Positions 19,301-29,260 are shown, counted from the stretch's first letter. The stretch: 64,000 nt of DNA from Candidatus Peribacteria bacterium (GCA_023245935.1 JAHFJM010000001.1:6067-70066), one strand, 5' to 3'. The notes: generated by a model from the letters alone, not told the origin. Numbers and translations are program-made.

Positions 19301-19930
19301 TTATTTCTTGGAGGGAGTTGCTTTTATGACAGCGGGTTCGAGTGTGAGTGTGACAATCGTTCCATTCGGACCCGGAACCGGACCCTTCACGCCGATCACC
19401 TTGCGTCCTTCGTCACAGACGAGGACTTTCCGGTGTTTGACGGTGACGGTCTCCAGCCCCATGTGACCCGGCATTTTCTTGCCGGCATGAATGCGACCCG
19501 GCCACGTTCTCATACCCACGGAGCCCGGCTCTCTGATGAAGTGTGAGCCGTGACTGGCAGGACCTCCCGCGAAGTGGTGACGCTTCATGACACCTTGGAA
19601 ACCCTTTCCTTTGCTGGTTCCGGTGATCGTCACGAGACTCTCGACCGGGAGTGCGGCAACCGTGAGCTTCTTCCCCTTTTCATACTCGGCAATCGAATCG
19701 ACCGTGAACTCTTTCTCCTTGCGGTAGCGACTGACCTCTTTCCCTTTCCTGGTCTTCACGATGCGGTGCCCCATCCCGAGAACGACAGCCTGGTAGCCGT
19801 CTTTCTCCTGCGTCTTCGTGCGGATCACCTCATTGTCATCGATCTGCAAATACGTCACGGGAACCGCTTCTCCGGTCGGGAGGAACACGCGAGACATGCC
19901 GATTTTGCGAGCAATAAGACCGAAAGCCAT
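19301..19930 (-). CDS. rplC: 50S ribosomal protein L3
   Basis: KIGMSRVF, SKGKGFQGVMKRH and KMPGHMG motifs. Confidence 0.97.
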   Translation of the reverse strand: MAFGLIARKIGMSRVFLPTGEAVPVTYLQIDDNEVIRTKTQEKDGYQAVVLGMGHRIVKTRKGKEVSRYRKEKEFTVDSIAEYEKGKKLTVAALPVESLVTITGTSKGKGFQGVMKRHHFAGGPASHGSHFIREPGSVGMRTWPGRIHAGKKMPGHMGLETVTVKHRKVLVCDEGRKVIGVKGPVPGPNGTIVTLTLEPAVIKATPSKK

Positions 19931-20061
19931 AAAAATACTTGGAGGTTCCATCGCATCCGTTTATCCCTCGATTCTTTGGGAGACGGATCGGAACGTAAGT
20001 TCGTAGCCGACGCACTCTACGGACAGGAAGAAGGGGGGTCAAGGGAAATAGTGAGAAAAAG

Positions 20062-20107
20062 CTCCCCTCTCCCAAGCCTCGGCGAGGGAGAGGGGTTGGG
20101 GGTGAGG
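20062..20107. repeat. REP/MITE-like palindrome (cccctctccc...gggagagggg...gtgagg family)
   Basis: Same motif family as 42511-42626 and 63081-63207. Confidence 0.7.
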
Positions 20108-20154
20108 CGAAGATATTGAATAAAAACGGTTTTTGAGGTACAATAGAGAGATTT

Positions 20155-20454
20155 ATGGCTGAAGTTCTGCCAAAAACGGCTCGGTCTCAAGAAGATGAAA
20201 ATCTTGGATCGAAACAATCCAGACAAAACGTCGAATCTGTTCGCCATGGTATCGGATCCACAATAGGATCGATGATGCAGTGGACTGATAGGAAAATCGA
20301 TAATGCTGCAATGAATATTGGAGACGCTGTTTTCGACGGGATAGAAGTAGGAATAAAAACATCTGTTGCCCGCTTATGGAATTGGAAAACAGATGATGCA
20401 ACTCCATCAAAAAAAATATCAAATAACCGAATCTTTTTCTCCAGACGATTATGA
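20155..20454 (+). CDS. Hypothetical protein (99 aa)
   Basis: Stop overlaps the next gene's start (ATGA coupling). Confidence 0.55.
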   Translation: MAEVLPKTARSQEDENLGSKQSRQNVESVRHGIGSTIGSMMQWTDRKIDNAAMNIGDAVFDGIEVGIKTSVARLWNWKTDDATPSKKISNNRIFFSRRL

Positions 20455-23400
20455 AAACAAATATCAACGATAATCATTTCGGCGGTGAGCACAGACTCTG
20501 TTATGAAACCGCACCGGAAGCAAATCTGCAGAAACTTGCAGAGACGCTCTCCGCGATGCAGCAGTCAGTAGAGGCGCCAACTCCCACTGAAGCTCCTGCA
20601 GCAGCAGAAAAAAAGGCTGTGCGCACTGAAACAACGGAAGCGAGAACGTCGATCAAACTTGATGTCGCAGCCTCGCAGCTGCCAAAAGTTGACGCTGCCC
20701 CAGTCGCGCCTCCTGCGAGCAAAGAGACTGCTCCAGAAAAAACAAAGGCATCCGCCAAGCCAGAGGAGGCAAAGGATCAAACGCTTTTGGGGCAAGCACA
20801 AAAAATGTTTGAGGATGGAAAAAATTATGTGATGGGCACGGACAAGAAACCTGAAATTCCGGCAAAAGAAGGAGAGCCAAAGCCGGAAGCGAAAGGAATT
20901 TGGGAAGGTGCCAAAAAAATATTCAATGACGTCAAAGACGATTTTCAGAAAAGCAGCCCCGGCGTAAAGGCAGCCTATATCCTCAGTGCTTTTGTCGGTT
21001 TTCTTGCTGCTCGTTGGGCCTGGCGTAAGGCGTTCGGAGACGGAGAAAAAGAAGGGTTTGTAAAAAGTTCAGGGAAATGGCTCGCCTCTCTCGGCGCTGC
21101 CGGAGCAGCCGTTATTGCAGGAAAATCGACAATGGACTGGTGGAATAAGAAGACAGCCTCACCATGGGCTCTCGCCGGAAATATGGTGAGCGATCTCTGG
21201 AAGTGGGCGAGTGGAGCAAAAGGTGGGGATGAAACACCACCTCCAAATGGCTCAGGCAATGACAACCCACCCGCGGCAGGAAACGATGTCTTGGATGCAG
21301 TGCGGGATGGTGTAAAAGGAGCCGGAAAACAATTTGGGGAGACCGTACCTAAAGGCGTGAATCTTGCAGTGCGAGACGGAAAGTTTTGGGTTGATCTCTT
21401 CAATACAAATAATATGGATGAGGCAATGAAACTCGTGGCAAATGATGGTGCGACCCTCGCATACGAAAATGGTGAATTTATTATCTACGACCTCGCATGG
21501 CGTTCTGTCGTGAAGTTACCGATGTTAAGCTTGAGCAAAATGTATGACTGGAAAGCCAATGGAAAGAAGCCAGACGATTTCTGGGAAGTGTATGCAGCAT
21601 CAGGAGTTTCCTACTTCTTGGGGAAGAATGCACTGACAGGAAATTTTAAGGCGTTCGTTCCTCTCACAAAAAAAGATATGGCATGGACTATTATGAAAAT
21701 CGGATCGGGACCCGCAAACTTCGTGATTGATGGAGCAAAATTCCTAACAGTTCCAATGCAGTCCGGCGGCATGAGTGCAATGAAATTGCGTTACTTAAAG
21801 TACACACTGCCGGTGAAACTAAAGCGGTTCGCAACTGATGGTCTTGTGTTCAGCACTTGGTTCCAGAACGAGAAGCGAATCATAAACGATATCGAGAAAT
21901 GCGTTCAATATGCCGATGAAATTAAAATCATGGAACAATTTGGACCCTCGAAGAACGGATTTACCCGTCTATTCACAGCAGCGGAAATAGAGTCTTCTAA
22001 ATCTCTCAAGAATGCCATCGCACAAAAGGTGCAGGGCTTCCTAAGGAATATGACAGTGCAAGAAGATACTCCTGAAATTTTGAGGGAAATGAAGAAGATA
22101 GCGAATATGGGAGAAGGTGATGAGTTCTATCGAGAACTGGAAAAAGTACGTAGTCATGTCATGAGCACTGCTGCGGAGACTGCGAAAGCCGCAAAAGCGA
22201 CAACTGAAGCAACTGAAACTGCAACAAGTGGAGGGAAAACTTCTGCAAAGAAAATGCAGCAAGCTCCCGATGCAAAAACGACTGCAGCGAACGGTAAGTC
22301 AGTCGTATCGGATGCGAAGACAGCGGGCAAAGCAACCGAAGCAGTACCCGCAGAAGTGGGTGCGGTGCCTGGCGCACGTACTGCAACAGCGACAGCAGAA
22401 GGAATGTCGTCTGAAGCAAAAGTTGCATCAGGAACATCCGAGGCTGCAGCCGATGTCTCGAAAGCTGCAAAGACCGGAAAAGTTGCCGCTGGTGAAAAAG
22501 CCGCCGTGGAAACTGCCGAGGAAGGAGGAAAAGTTCTCGGAAAATTGGAACAGGCAATCCGCACGAACCCGAAACTCGCAGCAATACTCGAGCATCTGAA
22601 GGTGAGTCCGAAAGGTTTCCTCACAGTTCTCAGGAATGCGAAAGCAATGAAGCTCGCGGGGAAAGCGTTACCGTATGCCGGAGCGGGTCTGCAGTGGTGG
22701 ATCTACACGTTCATCGACGAGCCTGAGTGGGAGGCAAAACTGGAGAAGGAGACGGATCCCCTCAAAAAGAAGATCATCGAGAATGAAATGTTCTCCGCGA
22801 GAGTGAACTGGAAGCTCGATGCTGTCGGTACTCCTGCCGCACTCAGCGGTGCAGGATTGACACTACTCATCGGCAATCTGGTGCGACAGCAGACGAACGA
22901 AGGCATCGTCGAAGGATCGAAATACATGCTGCAGGATCGCAAGGAACTGACAGAGAAATCTCCGGGTGCCATCCTCGCAGAAATCCAGAAGAGCAGCCCG
23001 GGTTCAATGGTGACGTACGGTCAGCGAGCCGCCTCTCTCGGAGAATCCAAAGCATTCGAGAAAGGAAACACATCCGCACGCAGTGAAGCGTACGCAGCGT
23101 ACTTCGAGAAAAATGTCGTGCTTCCGCCGGTCACGGTGGATCTGCTGAGCGCAGCGGAATCCAAAGATCCGGCAAATGTCGAAAAGCGCCTGAAGATTCT
23201 GAATCAGGATCAGGACAAGTACTTCACGCAGTCGGCACTCTCGTACATCGCCAATGTGACGAAGAATACCTTCGCGATGGTCAGCCCCGATGAACTCCAC
23301 AATGCAGAAATCTATGCGAAGAAATCGTGGCGGGATTGGGTCCATGCGAGGACGGGACAGCCAAGCACTTTCACAAACCTCAGTGCGAGTGAGAAGCAGA

Positions 23401-23861
23401 AGCTCGTGTCAGAAACCGCAAGAAAAGAGAAGACTGACCGCATCGCCGAGATGAAGAAACAGATCGAGAGCGGAGTGGCGACACGCGAAGCCATCTCATT
23501 CGCAATGCTCGAGAGCATCAACAACGATCTCTCAGTCGCAGAGAGCAAGATTCTCAGCAAAGACTACTCGAACTGGAGTGTTGCCAATTGGACAAATGAA
23601 AATGAAATGCAGCAGATTGCACGCGGTCAGTATCAGAAGAAGATCGGAGAGAAACTCAGACAAATTTCCTCGAGTGCTGCTCCCCTCACGGAACAAAGTT
23701 TCGATGCGGCGCGCCAGTTGGTTCTGAATATCCTGCAGCTGGATCCGGATGCGCTTGCGGTCGAAGGACTGAAGAGTACCGAGCGAGCGAAACTCGCTGA
23801 GAAAGGCAAAGATCCTGCGAGTATGACGATGGCAGGCATACTCTATGGCATGGCAGCCTGA
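20451..23861 (+). CDS. Large hypothetical membrane-associated protein (1136 aa)
   Basis: Long ORF with hydrophobic helices, an Ala/Thr/Lys-rich linker and N-terminal EHRLCYE. No recognised family. Confidence 0.85.
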   Translation: MKTNINDNHFGGEHRLCYETAPEANLQKLAETLSAMQQSVEAPTPTEAPAAAEKKAVRTETTEARTSIKLDVAASQLPKVDAAPVAPPASKETAPEKTKASAKPEEAKDQTLLGQAQKMFEDGKNYVMGTDKKPEIPAKEGEPKPEAKGIWEGAKKIFNDVKDDFQKSSPGVKAAYILSAFVGFLAARWAWRKAFGDGEKEGFVKSSGKWLASLGAAGAAVIAGKSTMDWWNKKTASPWALAGNMVSDLWKWASGAKGGDETPPPNGSGNDNPPAAGNDVLDAVRDGVKGAGKQFGETVPKGVNLAVRDGKFWVDLFNTNNMDEAMKLVANDGATLAYENGEFIIYDLAWRSVVKLPMLSLSKMYDWKANGKKPDDFWEVYAASGVSYFLGKNALTGNFKAFVPLTKKDMAWTIMKIGSGPANFVIDGAKFLTVPMQSGGMSAMKLRYLKYTLPVKLKRFATDGLVFSTWFQNEKRIINDIEKCVQYADEIKIMEQFGPSKNGFTRLFTAAEIESSKSLKNAIAQKVQGFLRNMTVQEDTPEILREMKKIANMGEGDEFYRELEKVRSHVMSTAAETAKAAKATTEATETATSGGKTSAKKMQQAPDAKTTAANGKSVVSDAKTAGKATEAVPAEVGAVPGARTATATAEGMSSEAKVASGTSEAAADVSKAAKTGKVAAGEKAAVETAEEGGKVLGKLEQAIRTNPKLAAILEHLKVSPKGFLTVLRNAKAMKLAGKALPYAGAGLQWWIYTFIDEPEWEAKLEKETDPLKKKIIENEMFSARVNWKLDAVGTPAALSGAGLTLLIGNLVRQQTNEGIVEGSKYMLQDRKELTEKSPGAILAEIQKSSPGSMVTYGQRAASLGESKAFEKGNTSARSEAYAAYFEKNVVLPPVTVDLLSAAESKDPANVEKRLKILNQDQDKYFTQSALSYIANVTKNTFAMVSPDELHNAEIYAKKSWRDWVHARTGQPSTFTNLSASEKQKLVSETARKEKTDRIAEMKKQIESGVATREAISFAMLESINNDLSVAESKILSKDYSNWSVANWTNENEMQQIARGQYQKKIGEKLRQISSSAAPLTEQSFDAARQLVLNILQLDPDALAVEGLKSTERAKLAEKGKDPASMTMAGILYGMAA

Positions 23862-23862
23862 T

Positions 23863-23908
23863 GCATGGTTCGAGACGCACTCGCTACCACTCGTGCTCCT
23901 CACCATGA
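23863..23908. repeat. REP-like palindromic element
   Basis: catggttcgagacg...ctcctcaccatg hairpin directly after the stop codon. Confidence 0.5.
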
Positions 23909-23947
23909 CAATTCAATAAGAGTTTCGAACCGTGATATGCTATCCGC

Positions 23948-26098
23948 ATGGATCCCGTTCGCCATGCAAAAGCCGAGAAGCTTCGCGCACTGAAGCGCAC
24001 GCCGTATGCGGCGAAGTTTGAACGCAGTCACACGCTGAAGGCGGGGCAAGAGAGCAAGGACGGAACGAAGGTAACGGTTGCCGGGCGAGTGATGCTCTTT
24101 CGCGAGATGGGAAAGCTGACGTTTGCGACGCTGCAGGATCAGACAGGGCGATTGCAGATTGCTTTCCGTGACGAGCAATTGGGCAATGATGAATACAAAT
24201 TGCTGCAGAAACTCATCGACCTTGGTGACATCGTCGGTATCACCGGCGAGCGCTTCACGACGCAGAAAGGCGAACCGACGATTCTTGTGAAAGAGTGGCA
24301 GATGCTCAGCAAAGCACTCCGACAACCTCCGGAGAAATGGCATGGGATCAGCGACAGAGAGACTGCATACAGGCAGCGCTATCTCGACCTAACGAGCAAT
24401 GAAGAAGCATTCGACCGATTCGTCTTCCGATCCAATTTTATCAAAGCGATGCGAGAATTCTACTGGGAGAACGGGTTTACGGAGGTCGATCTCCCTGTCC
24501 TCGTGAACTCCGCATCGGGCGCACTGGCGACTCCTTTCTCAACGCATCATGCAGCGCTCGACCTCGATGTGTATTTGCGGATCGCACTCGAGACGCATCA
24601 GAAAGAATGTTTAATAGGAGGCTTCGACCGAACGTTTGCCTTGGGTCCCGTATTCAGGAATGAAGGCATGGACCCATCGCACCTTCAGGAATTTACGATG
24701 TGCGAGCACTACGCAAGTTACTGGGACTACGAAGATAACATGCGCTTCACGGAAGAGATGCTCAGGACACTCCTTAAAAAGACGCTTGGCACGACGAAAG
24801 TAAAAATTCCGAATCGTGACGGAGCCCTGATCGAAGCGGATTTCAGTGGTGCATGGCCGCGTCTCAGCATGCGGGAAGTGATTCTGAAGGACTGTGGCAT
24901 CGACTACGACACATGCGACACAGCTTCAGCCCTGAGGAAAGCCATAAAGGACAAGAAAATTCAGCTTGAAGTGGATATCGAAAATCTCGGTCGCGGCAAC
25001 CTGATCGACCAGCTCTACAAGAAGGTCAGTCGTCCGAAGATTGTCTCACCGACATTCATCACGAAGCACCCGATCGATCTCTCCCCTCTCGCACGCAGGA
25101 ATGACGAGAATCCTGCCATCACCGATCGCTTCCAACTCGTCGTCGGTGGCTGGGAGATCGTGAATGCGTACAGCGAGCTTGTGGATCCTGTGGATCAGGC
25201 GAGCAGATTCGAATCACAAGCTTCAGCCAAGAAAGCAGGAGACGCTGATGCGCACGGCAAAGACGATGAGTTCGTGGAAGCCCTCGAGTACGGCTGCCCA
25301 CCCTGCTCCGGCTGGGGCATGGGCATTGACCGCATTGTTGCACTGCTTACGGCACAGGAGAACCTAAGGGACGTGGTGTTGTTTCCGTTGATGAAACCTC
25401 AAAAAGCTATGAGCGATGAGCTGAGAGCTTTGAGTAAAGCTGCTCCTCATAGCTCAAAGCTCATAGCTCAAAGCTCCTCAGAAAAATCTCTACCCGCAGC
25501 TAACTCAGCTCATTTATTACAACATGCCGACTACGGTCATCTCCTTCCTGCCGCGCACGGCTTAATCGAAGCACATGCAGACCAGACGAAAGCACATCTC
25601 ATCGCAACCGGTGCAGCCATGGAAGCACTCGCAAAGAAATTCGGAGGGGATGCGCAAACATGGCGCGTGGCAGGCATGCTGCATGACCTCGACTGGGACA
25701 AACTGCAGAAGGATGCCGAAGAACACTGTGGTAATACGTTGGAACAACTGCTTGCGACGATCAAAGCACCCGCGGAACTGCTCGCCGATATCCGCGCTCA
25801 CTATGCAGACAAGTACGGCGAAAAATATCCTCTCGATACGATGCTCCGGAAGTGTCTGTACTGCGTCGATGAGCTCACCGGATTCATCATTGCTGTCACG
25901 AAAGTGCGTCCGAGCAAGAAGATTGCCGATGTGGAAGTGAAGAGCGTGACGAAGAAACTGAAAGACAAAACATTTGCAGCACAAGTCAGTCGTGAACAGA
26001 TAGGGAAGTGTCAGGAACTGCTTGGAATGGGGCTGGAGGAGATGGTCGCTCTTACGCTGGAGGCAATGAAGGGAGTTGCTGTAGAAATTGGATTATAG
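23948..26098 (+). CDS. lysS: Lysine--tRNA ligase (class II) fused to a C-terminal HD-domain hydrolase
   Basis: YRQRYLDL, FRNEGMDPSHLQEFT and GWGMGIDR motifs, followed by a C-terminal AGMLHDLD...VDELTGFI...KDKTFAA domain (COG2316-like HD family). Confidence 0.95.
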   Translation: MDPVRHAKAEKLRALKRTPYAAKFERSHTLKAGQESKDGTKVTVAGRVMLFREMGKLTFATLQDQTGRLQIAFRDEQLGNDEYKLLQKLIDLGDIVGITGERFTTQKGEPTILVKEWQMLSKALRQPPEKWHGISDRETAYRQRYLDLTSNEEAFDRFVFRSNFIKAMREFYWENGFTEVDLPVLVNSASGALATPFSTHHAALDLDVYLRIALETHQKECLIGGFDRTFALGPVFRNEGMDPSHLQEFTMCEHYASYWDYEDNMRFTEEMLRTLLKKTLGTTKVKIPNRDGALIEADFSGAWPRLSMREVILKDCGIDYDTCDTASALRKAIKDKKIQLEVDIENLGRGNLIDQLYKKVSRPKIVSPTFITKHPIDLSPLARRNDENPAITDRFQLVVGGWEIVNAYSELVDPVDQASRFESQASAKKAGDADAHGKDDEFVEALEYGCPPCSGWGMGIDRIVALLTAQENLRDVVLFPLMKPQKAMSDELRALSKAAPHSSKLIAQSSSEKSLPAANSAHLLQHADYGHLLPAAHGLIEAHADQTKAHLIATGAAMEALAKKFGGDAQTWRVAGMLHDLDWDKLQKDAEEHCGNTLEQLLATIKAPAELLADIRAHYADKYGEKYPLDTMLRKCLYCVDELTGFIIAVTKVRPSKKIADVEVKSVTKKLKDKTFAAQVSREQIGKCQELLGMGLEEMVALTLEAMKGVAVEIGL
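25406..25476. repeat. Heptamer (GAGCTAT/GAGCTTT) inverted-repeat element inside the lysS linker
   Basis: agctatgagcgatgagctgagagctttgag ... ctcatagctcaaagctcatagctcaaagctc. Confidence 0.8.
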
Positions 26099-26110
26099 TA
26101 CGGTATATGT

Positions 26111-26296
26111 ATGAACAACACTCCTCCGTCCGATCGATCATCCAATGGTGAATACCAAAGATTATCCAAGGTGCAGAAATCTGAAACACCTCAAGCCATT
26201 TCAGAAAAAAATCTGAAACTTCAGCAAGATTTGGCTGCTAATCAAATAGAAACACTGGTGGAAGGAGGTGCAAGTTCGATCAATGCCTTCATGTAA
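26111..26296 (+). CDS. Small hypothetical protein
   Basis: 61-aa ORF directly after lysS. Confidence 0.45.
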   Translation: MNNTPPSDRSSNGEYQRLSKVQKSETPQAISEKNLKLQQDLAANQIETLVEGGASSINAFM

Positions 26297-26322
26297 TATT
26301 ATTTTCTATCGTACATATTCCT

Positions 26323-26535
26323 ATGGCAACCGCACTGGAAACAATGGATAGAGTCGATCATAACCTTGCTGATTTAGACCGTTTGATGACGGCAGGAGTG
26401 AGTGAACATGATGCAGAATCTTTCCTTGCATGGAGGGCAATGGAACTCGATGGAATGGAAACTGATTTTTCCAAGAAGAGGCTCCGTGAACTGCGACTGC
26501 AGTACGGTGAGAAACTTTTGGCACAGGTGAGGTAA
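26323..26535 (+). CDS. Small hypothetical protein
   Basis: 70-aa acidic helical ORF ending convergent with the MBL gene. Confidence 0.55.
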   Translation: MATALETMDRVDHNLADLDRLMTAGVSEHDAESFLAWRAMELDGMETDFSKKRLRELRLQYGEKLLAQVR

Positions 26536-26536
26536 A

Positions 26537-27946
26537 TCAGGAGAGGATGTACTCCTTCTCCTTCTCCGGCATGACGATATCGATCGGTTTGGCTGCTGCG
26601 GTTCTTTCTGCGAGAGCAAACATTGCTTTTTCCTCTCCGTGCACGAGGAAGAGCTGCCGGAGTCCCGGAACGGCCTGAATGAAGCGATCCAGATCGTTCT
26701 TGTCCGCATGACCGGAGTACGCATTGATGTACTGAATCTCCGCTTTCTTCCTGACCACCTCATCGAAGATCTTCACATCCGTTGTGTCCGGATCCAGAAG
26801 CTTTCTGCCAAGCGTATTCTCCGCCATATAACCCACGGCGAGGACGCAGTTCCGGGGATCTGCAAGCTCGTTCTTCAGATGATGACGGATGCGTCCCGCC
26901 TCGCACATACCCGAACCCGCCATCAGAATCATCGGACCGGGTCTGCCGTTCAACGCCTTACTCTCGTCTACGGACTCGGTGTACGTGACGAGAGAAAACT
27001 GAAAGGGATTGTGGGCGCGGCTCAGGAAACGATCGAACATATCCTGGTCGTAGCATTCCGGATGCTTCTTGAAAATTTCTGTCACCTTCGACGCAAGCGG
27101 GGAGTCGATGATGATCGGAATCGCGGGGATCTCTTTCTTGTCCCAGAGAATATGCAGGTCGTAGACAATCTCCTGCGTGCGCTCGAGAGAGAACGCGGGG
27201 ATGAGGAGCTTGCCGCCGCGTGCTGCTGTTTTGATGATCACTTCTTTCAGCTTGTCTCTGGCAGTCGTAATGCTGTCATGCTCGCGATCTCCATATGTGC
27301 TCTCGCAGATGAGGTAATCCACCGCAGGCATCGACTCCGGATCTCTGATAATCGGAAGCGTGTTCCTGCCGATATCGCCGGAGAAACCGATCCTGACCGT
27401 CTTTCCCGCACCGTTTTCCACTTCCAGAAGCATCATGGCGGAGCCGAGGATGTGACCGGCTTCGAAGAACTGGCAGGTGATCCCCGGGACGACCTGAAAT
27501 CTCTCATGGAGATCGCGTCCCACGAAGAGATCCATACATTCGGTCGCATCTTTCTGGGTGTAGAGGGGACCTTCGGTCGACAGCATGGATTTGTCGAGAT
27601 GCTTGCGAAAAAATTCATCATCTTTCTCTTGAATATACGCGCTATCGAGAAGCATCACGGCAGACAAATCCTGCGTCGCATGCGTTGCGTAAATCGGACC
27701 TGCAAAGCCGAGCTTATACAGAAGCGGTAAACGCGCTGCATGATCAGCATGAGCGTGACTCAGAACCACGGCATCGATATCCGTCTTCGGCTTGAAATTG
27801 AACGTCGCATTCTTGACAGCGGACTCGCTGCGCTTGCCCTGAAACATCCCGCAATCCAGCAGGATGCGCTTATCTCCGATTTGAATTTCGTGACACGTGC
27901 CCGTCACTTCTCGCGCGGCACCGTGGGAGATGAGTTTGATATCCAT
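26537..27946 (-). CDS. MBL-fold/beta-CASP metallo-hydrolase (RNA-processing exonuclease family)
   Basis: SHAHADH, AGHILGSA, SGDIG, ESTYGDR and AYSGHAD motifs. Confidence 0.93.
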   Translation of the reverse strand: MDIKLISHGAAREVTGTCHEIQIGDKRILLDCGMFQGKRSESAVKNATFNFKPKTDIDAVVLSHAHADHAARLPLLYKLGFAGPIYATHATQDLSAVMLLDSAYIQEKDDEFFRKHLDKSMLSTEGPLYTQKDATECMDLFVGRDLHERFQVVPGITCQFFEAGHILGSAMMLLEVENGAGKTVRIGFSGDIGRNTLPIIRDPESMPAVDYLICESTYGDREHDSITTARDKLKEVIIKTAARGGKLLIPAFSLERTQEIVYDLHILWDKKEIPAIPIIIDSPLASKVTEIFKKHPECYDQDMFDRFLSRAHNPFQFSLVTYTESVDESKALNGRPGPMILMAGSGMCEAGRIRHHLKNELADPRNCVLAVGYMAENTLGRKLLDPDTTDVKIFDEVVRKKAEIQYINAYSGHADKNDLDRFIQAVPGLRQLFLVHGEEKAMFALAERTAAAKPIDIVMPEKEKEYILS

Positions 27947-27987
27947 GGTTTGGATTATGAACGTGCAAGAAAAAAATAGACAGTGCC

Positions 27988-28761
27988 TTACAGCCCAACG
28001 GATCTCAACAAATCCTTCTTCTCCCCTCTCGTCAGTACCCGTACGCTTCCGATCGGCAATTTCTCATCGATCAGCGTCATGATGCGTATGCGCTTCAGGT
28101 CTTTCACGGTATAGCCGACATGCTGACACATGCGCCGTATCTGCCTGTTCTTCCCTTCCGTCAGAATAATGCGAATCACGTTCGGTTTTATTTTTTTGCA
28201 GAAGAGAGGTTTCGTCTTGTGTCCATCCATCTCGAAACCCTCCTCGATTTTTTTGCACGAGAGAGGATCGATGGGACGATCCAGCACGACCTCGTATTCT
28301 TTCTCATGCTGAAAAGACGGGTGCGTGAGGCGGTAGGCAAGCACGCCGTCATTCGTGAAGAGAAGCAGCCCTGAAGAATCTTTATCGAGTCTCCCGACCG
28401 GAAAAATCTTCCCCTGCAGTTCTTTCGGTAAAGCATCGCGGACGGAGGGAACATACGTCACTACGGGAGTGATCTTGGGTACGGCAGCTTTCTTCAGCTT
28501 TTTTTCGCTCTCAGGCGCTTCTCTATCGATATTCGTTGTCTCGACACCCACCGGCTTATTCATCACGTAATACAGCATTTCTATGCGATCCTGAAGGACT
28601 TTGCCATCCACCTCGATCTGATCTTTGTTGGGATCTGCTTTTTGCCCGAGTATCGCTACTTCTCCGTTCACTTTCACCAAGCCTGCCAAAATGTACTCTT
28701 CTGCTTTTCGACGAGACGCAATCCCACGTGCAGACAATATTTTTTGTAAACGCTCAAGCAT
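27988..28761 (-). CDS. rRNA pseudouridine synthase (RsuA/RluB family) with S4 domain
   Basis: ERLQKIL..GIASRRKAE, GRLDKDSSGLLL and EGKNRQIRRM motifs. Confidence 0.95.
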   Translation of the reverse strand: MLERLQKILSARGIASRRKAEEYILAGLVKVNGEVAILGQKADPNKDQIEVDGKVLQDRIEMLYYVMNKPVGVETTNIDREAPESEKKLKKAAVPKITPVVTYVPSVRDALPKELQGKIFPVGRLDKDSSGLLLFTNDGVLAYRLTHPSFQHEKEYEVVLDRPIDPLSCKKIEEGFEMDGHKTKPLFCKKIKPNVIRIILTEGKNRQIRRMCQHVGYTVKDLKRIRIMTLIDEKLPIGSVRVLTRGEKKDLLRSVGL

Positions 28762-28775
28762 ACGGGCAGTGTAGC

Positions 28776-29000
28776 TTAGTTACTTTCTGCATTGCCTGCC
28801 TGCACTCTGCTCGCATGACCGACGATTGCCTCATTGACCTGCAACTGCCGTGCCTGTCTGAAGAAATCGAGAGTTTTACTGACACCGAACGTGCCGTGTA
28901 TTCCCGCTTCCAACGAAGCATCCCTTCCGCGCAATGCTTCACGCGAAGGCTGAGTGCGTGAAACGCCGTCACCGCCTGCATCGGGAACATGAAGTTTCAT
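28776..29000 (-). CDS. Small hypothetical protein
   Basis: 74-aa ORF in tandem with 29006-29260. Confidence 0.45.
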   Translation of the reverse strand: MKLHVPDAGGDGVSRTQPSREALRGRDASLEAGIHGTFGVSKTLDFFRQARQLQVNEAIVGHASRVQAGNAESN

Positions 29001-29005
29001 GGAGA

Positions 29006-29260
29006 CTAGGCTGCTGCCTCTTCCAGTTTCTTTGCCAAATCGGGGAGTCTGGCATGCAAAGCGTCCTTGATGTCCGGATGCCTCCCAAGCGCTCTCGTCA
29101 GCAAGTCAATTCGTGCCGACTCGTTGGAAATATTATGAGTGACAAGGCTTGCGAGGGCATCCACTCTCCCTTCAGGCGTGAATGTCACTGTTTGCGGTTC
29201 CGGCAATGCATTGCGGTCAGAATGTCCGATTGTTTCACCGAGCCTTGCAAAGGAAGACAT
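29006..29260 (-). CDS. Small hypothetical protein
   Basis: 84-aa ORF preceded by a TTGACA...TAGAAT promoter (29293-29320, minus strand). Confidence 0.55.
   Translation of the reverse strand: MSSFARLGETIGHSDRNALPEPQTVTFTPEGRVDALASLVTHNISNESARIDLLTRALGRHPDIKDALHARLPDLAKKLEEAAA

Noticed and set aside
23863-23910. ggttcgag resembling a tRNA T-loop
   Set aside because: No cloverleaf. It fits a REP-like hairpin.
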